Source: Candidatus Babeliales bacterium (GTDB lineage: Bacteria; Babelota; Babeliae; Babelales; JANWKD01). From it: 64,000 bases of DNA. Under the pieces are notes generated by a model that saw nothing but the letters and a program-made list of their open reading frames with translations, made no database searches and was not told where the DNA came from. Below, in pieces: positions 10,254-20,157 of this stretch; position 1 is the first letter of the stretch; each line of letters begins with the position of its first letter. Position numbers and translations under genes: made by a program. The stretch spans positions 1,344,001 through 1,408,000 of the forward strand of contig CAVRJM010000001.1 of the NCBI GenBank assembly GCA_963722075.1. Direction: 5' to 3'.

Positions 10254-12707
10254 ATGAAATTTGTAACTTATTTTATATTGTTATTGAGTGTTATTATGGG
10301 GGGTTATTCGAGGCTAAAGGCCATGGAAGCACCTACTGATCATAACGAAGTAGAAATAGTATTTGAGAATAACCAAAAGGGTTATTTTAACAGGCAAATA
10401 TTAGGAATATCTGAAACATTGGCGCAACATCATTTGCCCTATCTTGAACCAGGACAGCAATTATTATTGAATGATTCCAATTGCACCATTTATAAAGAAG
10501 ATTTTGAATCAGTGATATATCCATTAATGCAAGCCGTAAAACAACAAGATATGCAAGAAATACAAGATATTTTAGGAAATTGCGATCTAATCAAAGAATT
10601 TGATAAAAAACATTACAAACAAGTAAAAAAAACCATTAGGTTTTTAGGTATTAAAAATAGAAGAATAAATCAATATAGTAATGGCAAGCGTACATTTGCC
10701 CAAGCATTCATACTGCCAAAAGAAACGGTTTATAAAAAGCAGGTAATAAATAAAGAAGAAACTAAACAATTAGAACAAGCAGAAACTGCATTACCAGTAA
10801 TTAAATTAAAAAAACCGGGTAGCACTACCTTGGGCGCATTAAAAATGACCCCGCAAGCATTGCCTTACTTCTCAACCGTTAGAAAATGGATGGAAGAAAA
10901 AGATTCAGATGCTAAAGCAATTTGCATCTTTGAAGATGATATTTCATTAGAAAATTTAAAAAGAATCAATAAAATTATTCCATTATTTTCTCAAGAAAAA
11001 AGTGAATTAGTTCCTTGTATAGTTAAAATGTTAGATTCTTTCAATTTAAAAAAGAAAGATATTCGTAGTCTTAAAGGTGCTGCCTTCTTCTTAGGATGCG
11101 AGCAATTAGTAAAAGCGTGCCAGAAGGTATTAATAAAAAAAATAATATATAAAAACAGTAAGAAGCATGAAATAAAATTAAAAAATGCTGGAGATGTTAC
11201 CATTGGTATTCTTAAAATGACGCCGGAAGCATTACCCTATTTTCCAGTATTACGAGATATGTTTGCAGTTGATGAGGGCGCGGGGGTACTTTCAGAACAA
11301 CAAATTTCGCTTGAAATAGTGAACTTCTTGAATGAACTGCTTCCCTTATTTTTCCCAAGACCGCTTGAGGAATTAAAAAAAGATATACATCAGATATTGA
11401 AGCGATGGCTAAATAATGATGAAACAATTCAATTGTTAAATGCAGCAAATTTTTTAGGATGTGAACCATTGATGGAATGTTGCTGTACAGTCCTTTCTGA
11501 AAACCTATTGCTATTGAGAAATGCTAATAATAAAGAAGCAATAAGACAAATAATTGACTCATTAAATCTTGATTTGAGGGATTTAGTATGCAGTCAGCTC
11601 GGTCAACGGATTATTGCCATTAAAACTCAATGTATTATACAAAAGGGTCTAAATACTCCTAATTTTTCAGATATTACTATTACAAATGATGGAACATATA
11701 TCGCTGCCTATAGACCTCATGAAATTCATATTATAAACACCAAAAATGGGTGGTCGAACATAATACGTTGTGGTCAAACAGCGGTTGAATTACTATTTTT
11801 AGCCGATGGAACCTTGGTGAGCGAATCTCCCGGTGTAATAAAATATTGGCAAATAGCTGATAGGCTTCCTACAAAAAAGTTTACAAAACCAAAGGGTAGC
11901 TGGTATGGACAATTGTCAGCAAATGATGGGGCTTTTATTATTTTAAAAAATGGTCTCTTAGATTTTTATTATGATAACAATAATTATAAATGTAAATTTT
12001 CTTATGGCGGTAGAATCTTTGATATTTCTTGCGATGAAAAGTTAATAGCTTTTGCGGGATATAAGTATGTAAGAATTGTTAGAAAAGAAGATGACGAATA
12101 TAAAGAATGTAAATTGATTCCATTAGAGGAGGGACATGGTTTTCCCGTCCCTCTATTTTCACCCAGTGGAAAATGGTTAGCTATGTTCGATAGCAAGTTC
12201 GTTGAAGATATCTTTTATATGGTTGATATGGCAACAGAAGAAATAAAATATGCAATTCCTGTTAGAACGATACCTGATGCTCAATTTAAATTTTCATCAG
12301 ATGATAATTTTATAGTTAGATTTTCAACGAATGTATCAGGAGCTCCTATAGAAATCTATGATGTACAAACAGGTGAACGTATTTATACTTTACCAAACCT
12401 TTGTAAACTTCAACATCTTTGTATATCCCCTGATTCAAAATTATTAGTAACGGTATCAGAAAATTTGATTAAGCCTCCTCTGGGTGGTGCTAAACAAGAG
12501 ATAGTTTTTACGAATTTACAAACGGGCAACAGTTTGTCTGAATTTTTTTATCAGCCTCAAGATGACCAGCCCATAGATTGCATTGTTTTTTCACCCGATA
12601 GTAAATCACTTATATTTGGGACAGATACTGTTTATAAAATGGATATAAGGCCAAATTTTAATTCCTTAGAAACAGAAGATATCATCAACGAATTGTTTAA
12701 GAAATAA
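10254..12707 (+). CDS. Secreted Skp1/BTB-like domain + WD40/beta-propeller protein (putative host effector)
   Basis: Signal peptide then AME; repeated LLNAANFLGCEPLMECCC / LKGAAFFLGCEQLVKAC motifs; C-terminal FSPSG, FSSDD, ISPDS, FSPDS blades. Confidence 0.75.
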   Translation: MKFVTYFILLLSVIMGGYSRLKAMEAPTDHNEVEIVFENNQKGYFNRQILGISETLAQHHLPYLEPGQQLLLNDSNCTIYKEDFESVIYPLMQAVKQQDMQEIQDILGNCDLIKEFDKKHYKQVKKTIRFLGIKNRRINQYSNGKRTFAQAFILPKETVYKKQVINKEETKQLEQAETALPVIKLKKPGSTTLGALKMTPQALPYFSTVRKWMEEKDSDAKAICIFEDDISLENLKRINKIIPLFSQEKSELVPCIVKMLDSFNLKKKDIRSLKGAAFFLGCEQLVKACQKVLIKKIIYKNSKKHEIKLKNAGDVTIGILKMTPEALPYFPVLRDMFAVDEGAGVLSEQQISLEIVNFLNELLPLFFPRPLEELKKDIHQILKRWLNNDETIQLLNAANFLGCEPLMECCCTVLSENLLLLRNANNKEAIRQIIDSLNLDLRDLVCSQLGQRIIAIKTQCIIQKGLNTPNFSDITITNDGTYIAAYRPHEIHIINTKNGWSNIIRCGQTAVELLFLADGTLVSESPGVIKYWQIADRLPTKKFTKPKGSWYGQLSANDGAFIILKNGLLDFYYDNNNYKCKFSYGGRIFDISCDEKLIAFAGYKYVRIVRKEDDEYKECKLIPLEEGHGFPVPLFSPSGKWLAMFDSKFVEDIFYMVDMATEEIKYAIPVRTIPDAQFKFSSDDNFIVRFSTNVSGAPIEIYDVQTGERIYTLPNLCKLQHLCISPDSKLLVTVSENLIKPPLGGAKQEIVFTNLQTGNSLSEFFYQPQDDQPIDCIVFSPDSKSLIFGTDTVYKMDIRPNFNSLETEDIINELFKK

Positions 12708-12720
12708 ATGGGGCAATAAA

Positions 12721-14865
12721 ATGAAAAAAATTAACCTAGTACTCGCATTATTTGCATGTAATTCGTTGCTTGCCATGGAAGCACCCAGCTCAAATGAATT
12801 AGTAGAAATAGTATTTGAGAATAACCAAAAGGGGCTTTTTAGTAGAGCAGTGTTAGAAGTATCTAAAACGCTGAATGATTATTATTTACCCCATATTTCT
12901 TCAGGACAGCAACTATTATTATGTGGTGGTCTTAATGGTTCTGTTTTTAAAGACGATTTTGAATTATACATATACCCCTTAATGCAAGCCGTATATAATA
13001 ATGACGAAAATGTTATACACGATATTAGATTTAATATTGATATATTATCTATGGATGATTCAGAAAACGGGGATATTAGAAGTAAACGAGTTAATAATGT
13101 CGTCAGATTTTTAGATGTGGGTATCTTCTTAGATGATGAAGAGCAACAAGGAACTAAACGCTCATTTGGTGAGGCTTTTGAAGCAGCGTACAAGTTGCAA
13201 GAGCCCGTTTGCAAAAAAGGTAATTATCAAGGTAGCCAACCCGATTCTCCAATAGCGCCACAACAGGAACCTGGTGATAATGTGGCCATCTTAAAAATAC
13301 CATTACTTAATGAACAAGATGAGCAAATTGATACCCTTGTATTGCCAAAAGAAGTGTTACCATTTTTTTCAGTCTTAAATAATCTACATGAATCATCTAT
13401 TGCAGGGGCCATGGAGCTATTGGAAAAAAATATTTCGCCTTTGATTATCAAAATATTAAACGATCTTACGCCATTATTTTTATTTAAGGTATCAGAAGAT
13501 GACTTAAAAAAAATGATGAATGAAAAATTGAAGTTGATGGGTAATAATCAAGTAGTTCAATTATTAAAAGCGGCGGATTATTTAGGATGCGAACTTCTAA
13601 TGGATGTATGCTTTACCATTTTATCAAACAATATAAGAGCCTGCCAAAATGAAAAAGAAAAAATGATTAAAGAAGTGGTAGGTCCGTTTGATAATAATTT
13701 ACGTAGTATATTATGCGGACATCTGGCTGAAGATGTTGTTTTTACTGTTGAACCCGTGAATATTAATGGGATTGATAAAAACCATCATATTACGAGTATT
13801 GCAACATCTTATGATGGAAATTATATTGCAATATATTCCAATGAAACAAAAAAAATATATATTTTAAATGCTCAAACTAAAAATGTAATTAATACAATAA
13901 ATAGTTCTCAAAAAGATGTTAGTCTACATTTTTTAAGAAATGGCAACTTATTAAGTAAATCTCCTTGTGTTATTAAATATTGGAATATTAATCGAAAAAA
14001 ATCTCTCAATTCAATAAAAATTCCAAATGGAACAGAGATGACAAGGATTTCCCCTGATGGTGAGATTTGTGCGGCAGTGAATGAAATGGGGTATGTACAA
14101 TTATTATCCCAAAACTCTCAAGAAAATGTTTCTTTAGGGAATTTAGTTAACAATGCTCATTGTCGGGGTAAAAATGTCCATGATTTAGTTATTGCTCCTG
14201 ATAACAATGTTATGGCTGTACAACAATGGGCAAAAGTTAATGATGTATTTGTTAGAAAATATAAAGTTATCGATAAACAAAAAAATATAACAAGAACTTG
14301 GAAGATAACAGATGATTCTAGGAATTTTGGAGGGCTTTGTTTTTCGTATAGAGGAAATTTATTGGCATCTTCTTCTTTAAATAATCTTACTATTAAAGAT
14401 TTAAAAAAAGGAAACGATTGGGAGTGCATTTTTCCTTTGGGAGTGCCTGAAGGGAAAATTAAATTTTCACCTGATGATGCTACCGTAATATGCTATAAAT
14501 TAAATAAACCAGCTAATATAGACATATTTAATTTGAGGGATAATTCATCCTTTACGATTAGTGATCCAGCTATTTTACAAGCGATGGCGATTTCTCCGGA
14601 TAGTTCTTTATTGGTATTGGCTTTTAGTTATCCTAGCGTTGGCGATAAACCCTGGCAATCAATAGAACTTTATAGTTTAAAGAGGAAAGAAGCTGTTTAT
14701 AAAGATGTAGTGAAATGCGATTATTTAATTGAAGAGCTTACCTTTTTACCAGATGGCAAATCGCTTATTTGCGGGTCTGATAAATTATATTTTATTAATA
14801 TAAAAAAAACAGATTTTGATTTTTTAGAAACAGAGGATGTTGTAGAGCAGCAATTATTTAATTAA
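12721..14865 (+). CDS. Secreted Skp1/BTB-like + WD40 protein, paralog
   Basis: Shared N-terminus AMEAP..VEIVFENNQKG; LLKAADYLGCELLMDVC; ISPDG, FSPDD, FLPDG blades. Confidence 0.75.
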   Translation: MKKINLVLALFACNSLLAMEAPSSNELVEIVFENNQKGLFSRAVLEVSKTLNDYYLPHISSGQQLLLCGGLNGSVFKDDFELYIYPLMQAVYNNDENVIHDIRFNIDILSMDDSENGDIRSKRVNNVVRFLDVGIFLDDEEQQGTKRSFGEAFEAAYKLQEPVCKKGNYQGSQPDSPIAPQQEPGDNVAILKIPLLNEQDEQIDTLVLPKEVLPFFSVLNNLHESSIAGAMELLEKNISPLIIKILNDLTPLFLFKVSEDDLKKMMNEKLKLMGNNQVVQLLKAADYLGCELLMDVCFTILSNNIRACQNEKEKMIKEVVGPFDNNLRSILCGHLAEDVVFTVEPVNINGIDKNHHITSIATSYDGNYIAIYSNETKKIYILNAQTKNVINTINSSQKDVSLHFLRNGNLLSKSPCVIKYWNINRKKSLNSIKIPNGTEMTRISPDGEICAAVNEMGYVQLLSQNSQENVSLGNLVNNAHCRGKNVHDLVIAPDNNVMAVQQWAKVNDVFVRKYKVIDKQKNITRTWKITDDSRNFGGLCFSYRGNLLASSSLNNLTIKDLKKGNDWECIFPLGVPEGKIKFSPDDATVICYKLNKPANIDIFNLRDNSSFTISDPAILQAMAISPDSSLLVLAFSYPSVGDKPWQSIELYSLKRKEAVYKDVVKCDYLIEELTFLPDGKSLICGSDKLYFINIKKTDFDFLETEDVVEQQLFN

Positions 14866-14879
14866 TAAATGGGGAATAT

Positions 14880-16040
14880 ATGAAAATAGTTACCATACTA
14901 GGAGCTTTATTAATTGGCAATTCGTTAATTGCCATGGAAGCTCCTATTAACCATAAAGAATTAATAGAAGTACTATTTGAAGATAATGAAAATGGAATAT
15001 TTGATAAAGCGGTGTTGGAAATATCACCAACATTAAGAAGTAGGTCGTCACGTTTATCACCAGGAAGCCCATTAGGAATAGATGGTAAAAAACGTTACGG
15101 GATAAATAAAGAAGATTTCGAAGAATTCATTTATCCTTTAATGCAGGCTTTATATGAAAAACGATCTACAGAATATTTTCAACCTAATCTTGATAGGCTT
15201 GCTCGAAGTGATGGGTATGGATATTCGAGAGCATGGAGCATTTATCATGCAATTAACCATTTGCAACTGCAAAACCGTACTACTTTATTACAGCCACCAG
15301 ATCCGCTGTATAATAAAAGACCACTTGAGATGGCATCTAAAAAGATTTTTGAGCCTCGTAAGCTTTCCACTAAAAAAAATAGTTCTACTGATGAAGAAGA
15401 AAAATTCTTAGCATGGTTGCAAGATCAGAAAGATGATGATTTATTAACTGGATTGCTTTCTGATGTACAAGACAACATGAAGAATGTAGGCAATCAAAAT
15501 GGGAAAGCTATTGACCAAGGTGATTCCCCTGTAGATTTTAATGGATATGATTTGGTAAATAAAAATAACGTTGTAGATCAAAATATCTTGGAACAAGAAA
15601 TAAGAATACCAGTGGCGGACGAGGAAGGAAGACAAGTAGGTATGCTTAATATACCAAAATATTTGCTACCATATTTTGAGCAATTATATAATCAAATCGG
15701 TATTAATGAGACATGGGAAACGGCGCCATTAATAGATACACTAGTTTCCGCTTCGATCATTCCCTTATTGAATACTCTTTTTCCGTTGATGAGTGGAAGT
15801 GATCAATCCATAATAAAAAATATACAAGATAAGCTAGAAAATGAATCAAATGATACGCTCGTCGCATTATTGATAGCAGTAGATTTTCTTGGCGGTGAGC
15901 TTATAACTGAGGCGAGTTTAATAATATTAGCCAAAAAAATAACTCTATTAAAAGAAATAGGTAACACGAAGGAAATAGAAAGGTTAATAGATAACTTACC
16001 AATACATTTATGCAGATCATTACCAGCATATTTCGCCTGA
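14880..16040 (+). CDS. Skp1/BTB-like paralog lacking WD40 region (likely truncated)
   Basis: Same N-terminal domain and LLIAVDFLGGEL motif; C-terminal remnant lies downstream of the stop. Confidence 0.7.
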   Translation: MKIVTILGALLIGNSLIAMEAPINHKELIEVLFEDNENGIFDKAVLEISPTLRSRSSRLSPGSPLGIDGKKRYGINKEDFEEFIYPLMQALYEKRSTEYFQPNLDRLARSDGYGYSRAWSIYHAINHLQLQNRTTLLQPPDPLYNKRPLEMASKKIFEPRKLSTKKNSSTDEEEKFLAWLQDQKDDDLLTGLLSDVQDNMKNVGNQNGKAIDQGDSPVDFNGYDLVNKNNVVDQNILEQEIRIPVADEEGRQVGMLNIPKYLLPYFEQLYNQIGINETWETAPLIDTLVSASIIPLLNTLFPLMSGSDQSIIKNIQDKLENESNDTLVALLIAVDFLGGELITEASLIILAKKITLLKEIGNTKEIERLIDNLPIHLCRSLPAYFA

Positions 16041-16131
16041 TTGTAATTCAACTCAAATAGTCTTCTAGTGCTCGCTACAAAAAATAGTATCGAAGAACTT
16101 TTTAATTAATAGAGCGATTTTCCTAGATTAC

Positions 16132-16176
16132 AAAAAAGAGAATCATCCTATACTACACAAGGATGGTTCTTTTTTT
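16132..16176 (+). terminator. Rho-independent terminator-like hairpin
   Basis: gaatcatcct / aggatggttc stem with A-run before and T-run after. Confidence 0.55.
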
Positions 16177-16192
16177 ATAGTAAAGGATTTAT

Positions 16193-16585
16193 ATGATAAC
16201 AATAATTTTTATTTTAGCTGTTATTGGTTTTTGTATTTCATTATATACCTATTTGCTGGAGAAAAAAGTTAAACAAAATCCAGGGTATAAACCGGTCTGT
16301 GATATTTCAGATAAAATATCATGTACTAAGCCTATGAAAAGCGCGTATGCTAATATTTTTTACATTTCAAATGCGTTAGTGGGAATGGTTTTTTATGCGG
16401 TAATGGCAGTGGGGGCATTCTTAAATTTGCATCAATTACTTTTTATTCTAGCTTGTATTGGCTGCATAGGATCAATAGTATTAGCCTATTTCCTTTTTTT
16501 TAAAGTAAAATCATTCTGCTTGTTGTGTACCTCACTCTATATTATTAATGCATTACTATTATATATGACTTATATACATCGGTAA
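16193..16585 (+). CDS. Vitamin K epoxide reductase (VKOR) family protein
   Basis: CDISDKISC loop cysteines, SNA, CLLC redox motif, 4 TM segments. Confidence 0.9.
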   Translation: MITIIFILAVIGFCISLYTYLLEKKVKQNPGYKPVCDISDKISCTKPMKSAYANIFYISNALVGMVFYAVMAVGAFLNLHQLLFILACIGCIGSIVLAYFLFFKVKSFCLLCTSLYIINALLLYMTYIHR

Positions 16586-16587
16586 AT

Positions 16588-17289
16588 TTACCAATGCATG
16601 AGCGTGCCATCATAGCGATAAAAAAGCTGTTCTAGTGAACGCGGTGCATTTATAATAACCTTTTTCATGCCCAAAACGCTGGTGGTAGTATCAATTTCAG
16701 CATGCGGGCCTCCCATAGCAGTTCTTACATGCCCCGGATGCAACAAAAGTACTTTAACATTTTGATCATACGTATCAATGGCAATGCTTGCCATAATACT
16801 ATTAAGCGCTGCTTTGCTGGCGCGATAGGCATATGCATCTTCGATGGAAGCGTGTTCTTTAAGAATATAGGAAATGCTACCCATGCGGCTTGAAATTGAA
16901 ACAATTGTTTTTAAGTTGCTTTTTATAACGTTATTTAAAAAATATTTCGTTACTAATAAAGGGCCAACTGCATTTACCGTAAATACGTTGATCATCATTT
17001 CTTTGGTAATGGTAGCCAGTTCTTGGTCTCGTCCAAAAATGCCGGCATTATTAATAAGAATGTCGATCGGTTCGGTTTTTAATTGATTAGCAAGAATAGA
17101 TAATTGATTCTCATCAGTGACATCCAAGGGAAGGAGTACGATATTATTATGGCGGTAAGCGAGTGATTGCAATTCTTCTAAAGGGCCATGTGGATAATAG
17201 GTAGCAAATAGTTTGTAAGAATCTGGCGCATACTGCTTTACAAATTCTAATCCGATGCCGCTATTGGTTCCTGTTATAAATACATTCAT
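16588..17289 (-). CDS. Short-chain dehydrogenase (CsgA/C-factor-like SDR)
   Basis: TGTNSGIG, INNAG, YRASK, HPGHVRTAMG. Confidence 0.92.
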   Translation of the reverse strand: MNVFITGTNSGIGLEFVKQYAPDSYKLFATYYPHGPLEELQSLAYRHNNIVLLPLDVTDENQLSILANQLKTEPIDILINNAGIFGRDQELATITKEMMINVFTVNAVGPLLVTKYFLNNVIKSNLKTIVSISSRMGSISYILKEHASIEDAYAYRASKAALNSIMASIAIDTYDQNVKVLLLHPGHVRTAMGGPHAEIDTTTSVLGMKKVIINAPRSLEQLFYRYDGTLMHW

Positions 17290-17384
17290 ATTTTTATACT
17301 CAATAGTTAATTTTAATCACTATATAAAATGAAATGATGAGTGCGCAATATTAAAATTGATTGTATTATTTAAAAATGTAAATT

Positions 17385-17967
17385 GTTGTAGAATTTATAC
17401 TCAAAGTTTATGAAAGAATGCAGGATCACCATGGTCCGTCTATGTTAAAACTTCGCCGGACAGGCGCTTGCTATTACGGAATCCGTCGTAGCCTTGGCGA
17501 AGTCGGACGCGCTTCTCGTGACGTCGAAAGTCGAAAGTCGTCGTTGCGAGCTTGCGAAGCAATCCAGGTTATAATAATTAGATAAGAAACATATGAAACG
17601 CCCTGCTGTTTATTCTTTATGGCAAATAAAAAAAATGGAACCCTTTACACCTGAGTAACAGGAAATATAATTCAGCGAATTTTTCAACATAAAAATAATA
17701 AAGTCGAATTTACTAGCAAATATAATTGTAAAATGCTTGAGTATGTTGAATTTTTTGGTGAAATGCAAACTGCTGTTATGCAAGAAAAACAAATAAAGGC
17801 TGGCTCTCGTTCAAAAAAGCTAATACTTATTGAATCGGCAAATCCAATGAGAGATTTGTAAATTGCCTGGATTGCTTCGACAAGCTCGCAACGACAACTT
17901 CTTCTAAATACATGTATTTTAATACTTTGAGTTAATTGTATAATTCTTCAAAGACTTGGTATACCTA
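17385..17967 (+). mobile_element. Decayed REP-flanked GIY-YIG element
   Basis: Inverted REPs 17540-17568 and 17866-17895 around the pseudogene, extra composite REP 17422-17523, flanks similar to 33467-33505; boundaries approximate. Confidence 0.7.
17593..17861 (+). pseudogene. GIY-YIG nuclease pseudogene
   Basis: MKRPAVY / frameshift near 17614 / MANKKNGTLYT*VTGNIIQRIFQHK...IKAGSRSKKLILIESANP; TGA at 17652; closely similar to 54405-54695. Confidence 0.9.
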
Positions 17968-18041
17968 GTTAGTCTATCAATATCGTATGCACATTATATG
18001 AAATATACACGTTATTCAAGCGTTTTCTGGAACTTACCTTA

Positions 18042-18701
18042 TTATAATAAATTTTTTAAATCTAATTCTGCATATGAATCAATAATTAAATCAGATTCCT
18101 GTACATATTCTCGATTTTTACTGGAATTAATACCAATACAAAACATGCCAGCTCCTTGTGCCGCTTTAATGCCATGCGCAGAATCCTCAATAGCAATACA
18201 TTCTTGGGGATCGATGCCTAATTTTTCTGCTGCATAGAGGTAGATGGCTGGATCTGGTTTGCATTTATTATTCACGTGTGAAATGCCGTAAATATGTTCT
18301 CCAAAATAGTGCTCTAATTGGAGTGCTTGTTTAGTAACCAGCACGGTAGCATCATCAGCGTTAGTGGCAACGCCATTTTTAAGATTATGTTGTACTACTT
18401 TTTTATGAAACTCCAAAAAGCCATCAATAAATTTTACCTGTTTTTTGTATAATTTAACGGCGTTATTTGATTTTTCTTGTACTAATTCTTTAATTGGCTC
18501 TTGCAAATTAAAGGTGTTTTTAATGATGGTGCACGTTTCGTGGAGTGCAAGTCCACGTATTTGGCGTTGTAATGGGCAATTGTCACCGGGCTGATATTGG
18601 ATGCCGCGCGCGGTAATTAAATCAAGGGTTGCTTGACGCCAAATGTCTTCGGTATCGATAATGGTACCGTCCATGTCAAAAATAATTGCTTTATATTTCA
18701 T
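18042..18701 (-). CDS. HAD phosphatase (beta-phosphoglucomutase-like)
   Basis: IIFDMDGT, ATN, KPDPAIY, IEDS. Confidence 0.9.
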   Translation of the reverse strand: MKYKAIIFDMDGTIIDTEDIWRQATLDLITARGIQYQPGDNCPLQRQIRGLALHETCTIIKNTFNLQEPIKELVQEKSNNAVKLYKKQVKFIDGFLEFHKKVVQHNLKNGVATNADDATVLVTKQALQLEHYFGEHIYGISHVNNKCKPDPAIYLYAAEKLGIDPQECIAIEDSAHGIKAAQGAGMFCIGINSSKNREYVQESDLIIDSYAELDLKNLL

Positions 18702-18792
18702 ATATAAAATCCTTTTATATCCAGTTGTTGATAGCGATGATTGTTGTTATAGTAATACGTATATTGTTTTTCTTTTATTGTAGGTAGTAATT

Positions 18793-19464
18793 ATGGTAAA
18801 TAATTATATTTCAATCTGTTTTAAAACCGTTTGTTCATATCTACTTCTTGAATTATCAGGATATCTTAAAGGTAGTTATGTGGTGGGAACAAAACGGCTT
18901 TTTTTCTCGGGTATTAATTGTTCAGGCCCCTTAATAAATAGGTTTAGCGGTATAGGCGCCTTACTTTTATATACTATACGGCACTTATTAGTCTTTAGTG
19001 CTGGAAATCCATTTTTCAATCCTTTAGTATACCATATTCCTACCTTTATTGCATCAGCCTATTGGTATAGCACAAATAAAGCAGTCCGGTTGCTACTGCC
19101 AGCGGCTTGTATGGCTGCTTTCATACTGCATCCGGTTGGCTATCAAGCGTTTTTTTATTCAGGGTTTTGGTTGATTCCTATGATCATCCATCTATTACCA
19201 GTAAGAAACCCTTTTTTAGAAGCGTTGGGTACCACCTTTATAGCGCATGCGATAGGTTCAGTATTAGTACTTTATATGAATCCGCTCCCAGCAGCAATGT
19301 GGCTTAGTTTAATGCCCGTTGTTGTTATTGAACGATTATTATTTGCAACAGGAATGACCTGTATATATTACGCAGCAATTACTATTAAGCGATTAATAGA
19401 ACAGTATGAATCACCTATTTACCCGATACAGGGATATACCTTCATTAAACGATTAAAGGCATAA
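18793..19464 (+). CDS. Hypothetical integral membrane protein
   Basis: Multiple hydrophobic segments; directly upstream of uppS. Confidence 0.7.
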   Translation: MVNNYISICFKTVCSYLLLELSGYLKGSYVVGTKRLFFSGINCSGPLINRFSGIGALLLYTIRHLLVFSAGNPFFNPLVYHIPTFIASAYWYSTNKAVRLLLPAACMAAFILHPVGYQAFFYSGFWLIPMIIHLLPVRNPFLEALGTTFIAHAIGSVLVLYMNPLPAAMWLSLMPVVVIERLLFATGMTCIYYAAITIKRLIEQYESPIYPIQGYTFIKRLKA

Positions 19465-19465
19465 T

Positions 19466-20155
19466 ATGATAAATCATATTGCATTTATTATGGATGGTAA
19501 TAGAAGATGGGCAAAGAGACAGGGGCTGTTACCTTTTTTAGGGCATAATAAAGGAGCGCAAACTATTCAGCATGTAGTTGAATTTTGTTTAAAAAATAAT
19601 ATTAAGTACAGTTCTTTATATGCATTCTCACTGGAGAATTTCAATCGTTCTGCGCAAGAAATTACGTATCTTTTTGATTTATTAATTAATGAAGCGCATA
19701 AAAAATTGCCAGTTTTTCTTGAAAATAATATTAAGGTTCGTTTTATTGGTGATCGTTCCCTATTTCCTGCTAAAATTATGGCAACTGCGCAAGATATGGA
19801 AGAAAAAACTGCCAACTGTTCAGCATTAAATCTTAATTTTCTTTTTTGTTATGGAGCACGCCAAGAAATTATGGCCGCAGTAAAAACATGCGTTGAAAAT
19901 GTTAAAAAAGGTCTTATTGCATTAGAAGATATCACGGATGATCTGTTTAAAAAATATTTATGGACCGGTGATATTCCCGAACCAGAACTTATTATACGCA
20001 CGAGCGGTGTTAAACGATTGAGTAACTTTTTATTATATCAGGCAGCGTATAGCGAATTTTGCTTTCTGGATTGCTTATGGCCTGATATCACCCAAGAACA
20101 TATGCAAGGTGCCCTTGATAGTTATTTAGAAACCAAAAGAAATTTTGGTCATTAA
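19466..20155 (+). CDS. uppS: Undecaprenyl diphosphate synthase
   Basis: HIAFIMDGNRRWA, YAFSLENFNR, IRTSG-RLSNFLLYQ. Confidence 0.96.
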   Translation: MINHIAFIMDGNRRWAKRQGLLPFLGHNKGAQTIQHVVEFCLKNNIKYSSLYAFSLENFNRSAQEITYLFDLLINEAHKKLPVFLENNIKVRFIGDRSLFPAKIMATAQDMEEKTANCSALNLNFLFCYGARQEIMAAVKTCVENVKKGLIALEDITDDLFKKYLWTGDIPEPELIIRTSGVKRLSNFLLYQAAYSEFCFLDCLWPDITQEHMQGALDSYLETKRNFGH

Positions 20156-20157
20156 CG

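Noticed and set aside
17652..17654. UGA=Gly recoding (TGA at a conserved Gly)
   Set aside because: The same gene also has a frameshift; conserved genes (PBP1A, rtcB) end at TGA and long ORFs are intact in code 11
17610..17792. 60-aa minus-strand ORF
   Set aside because: Antisense shadow of the GIY-YIG pseudogene
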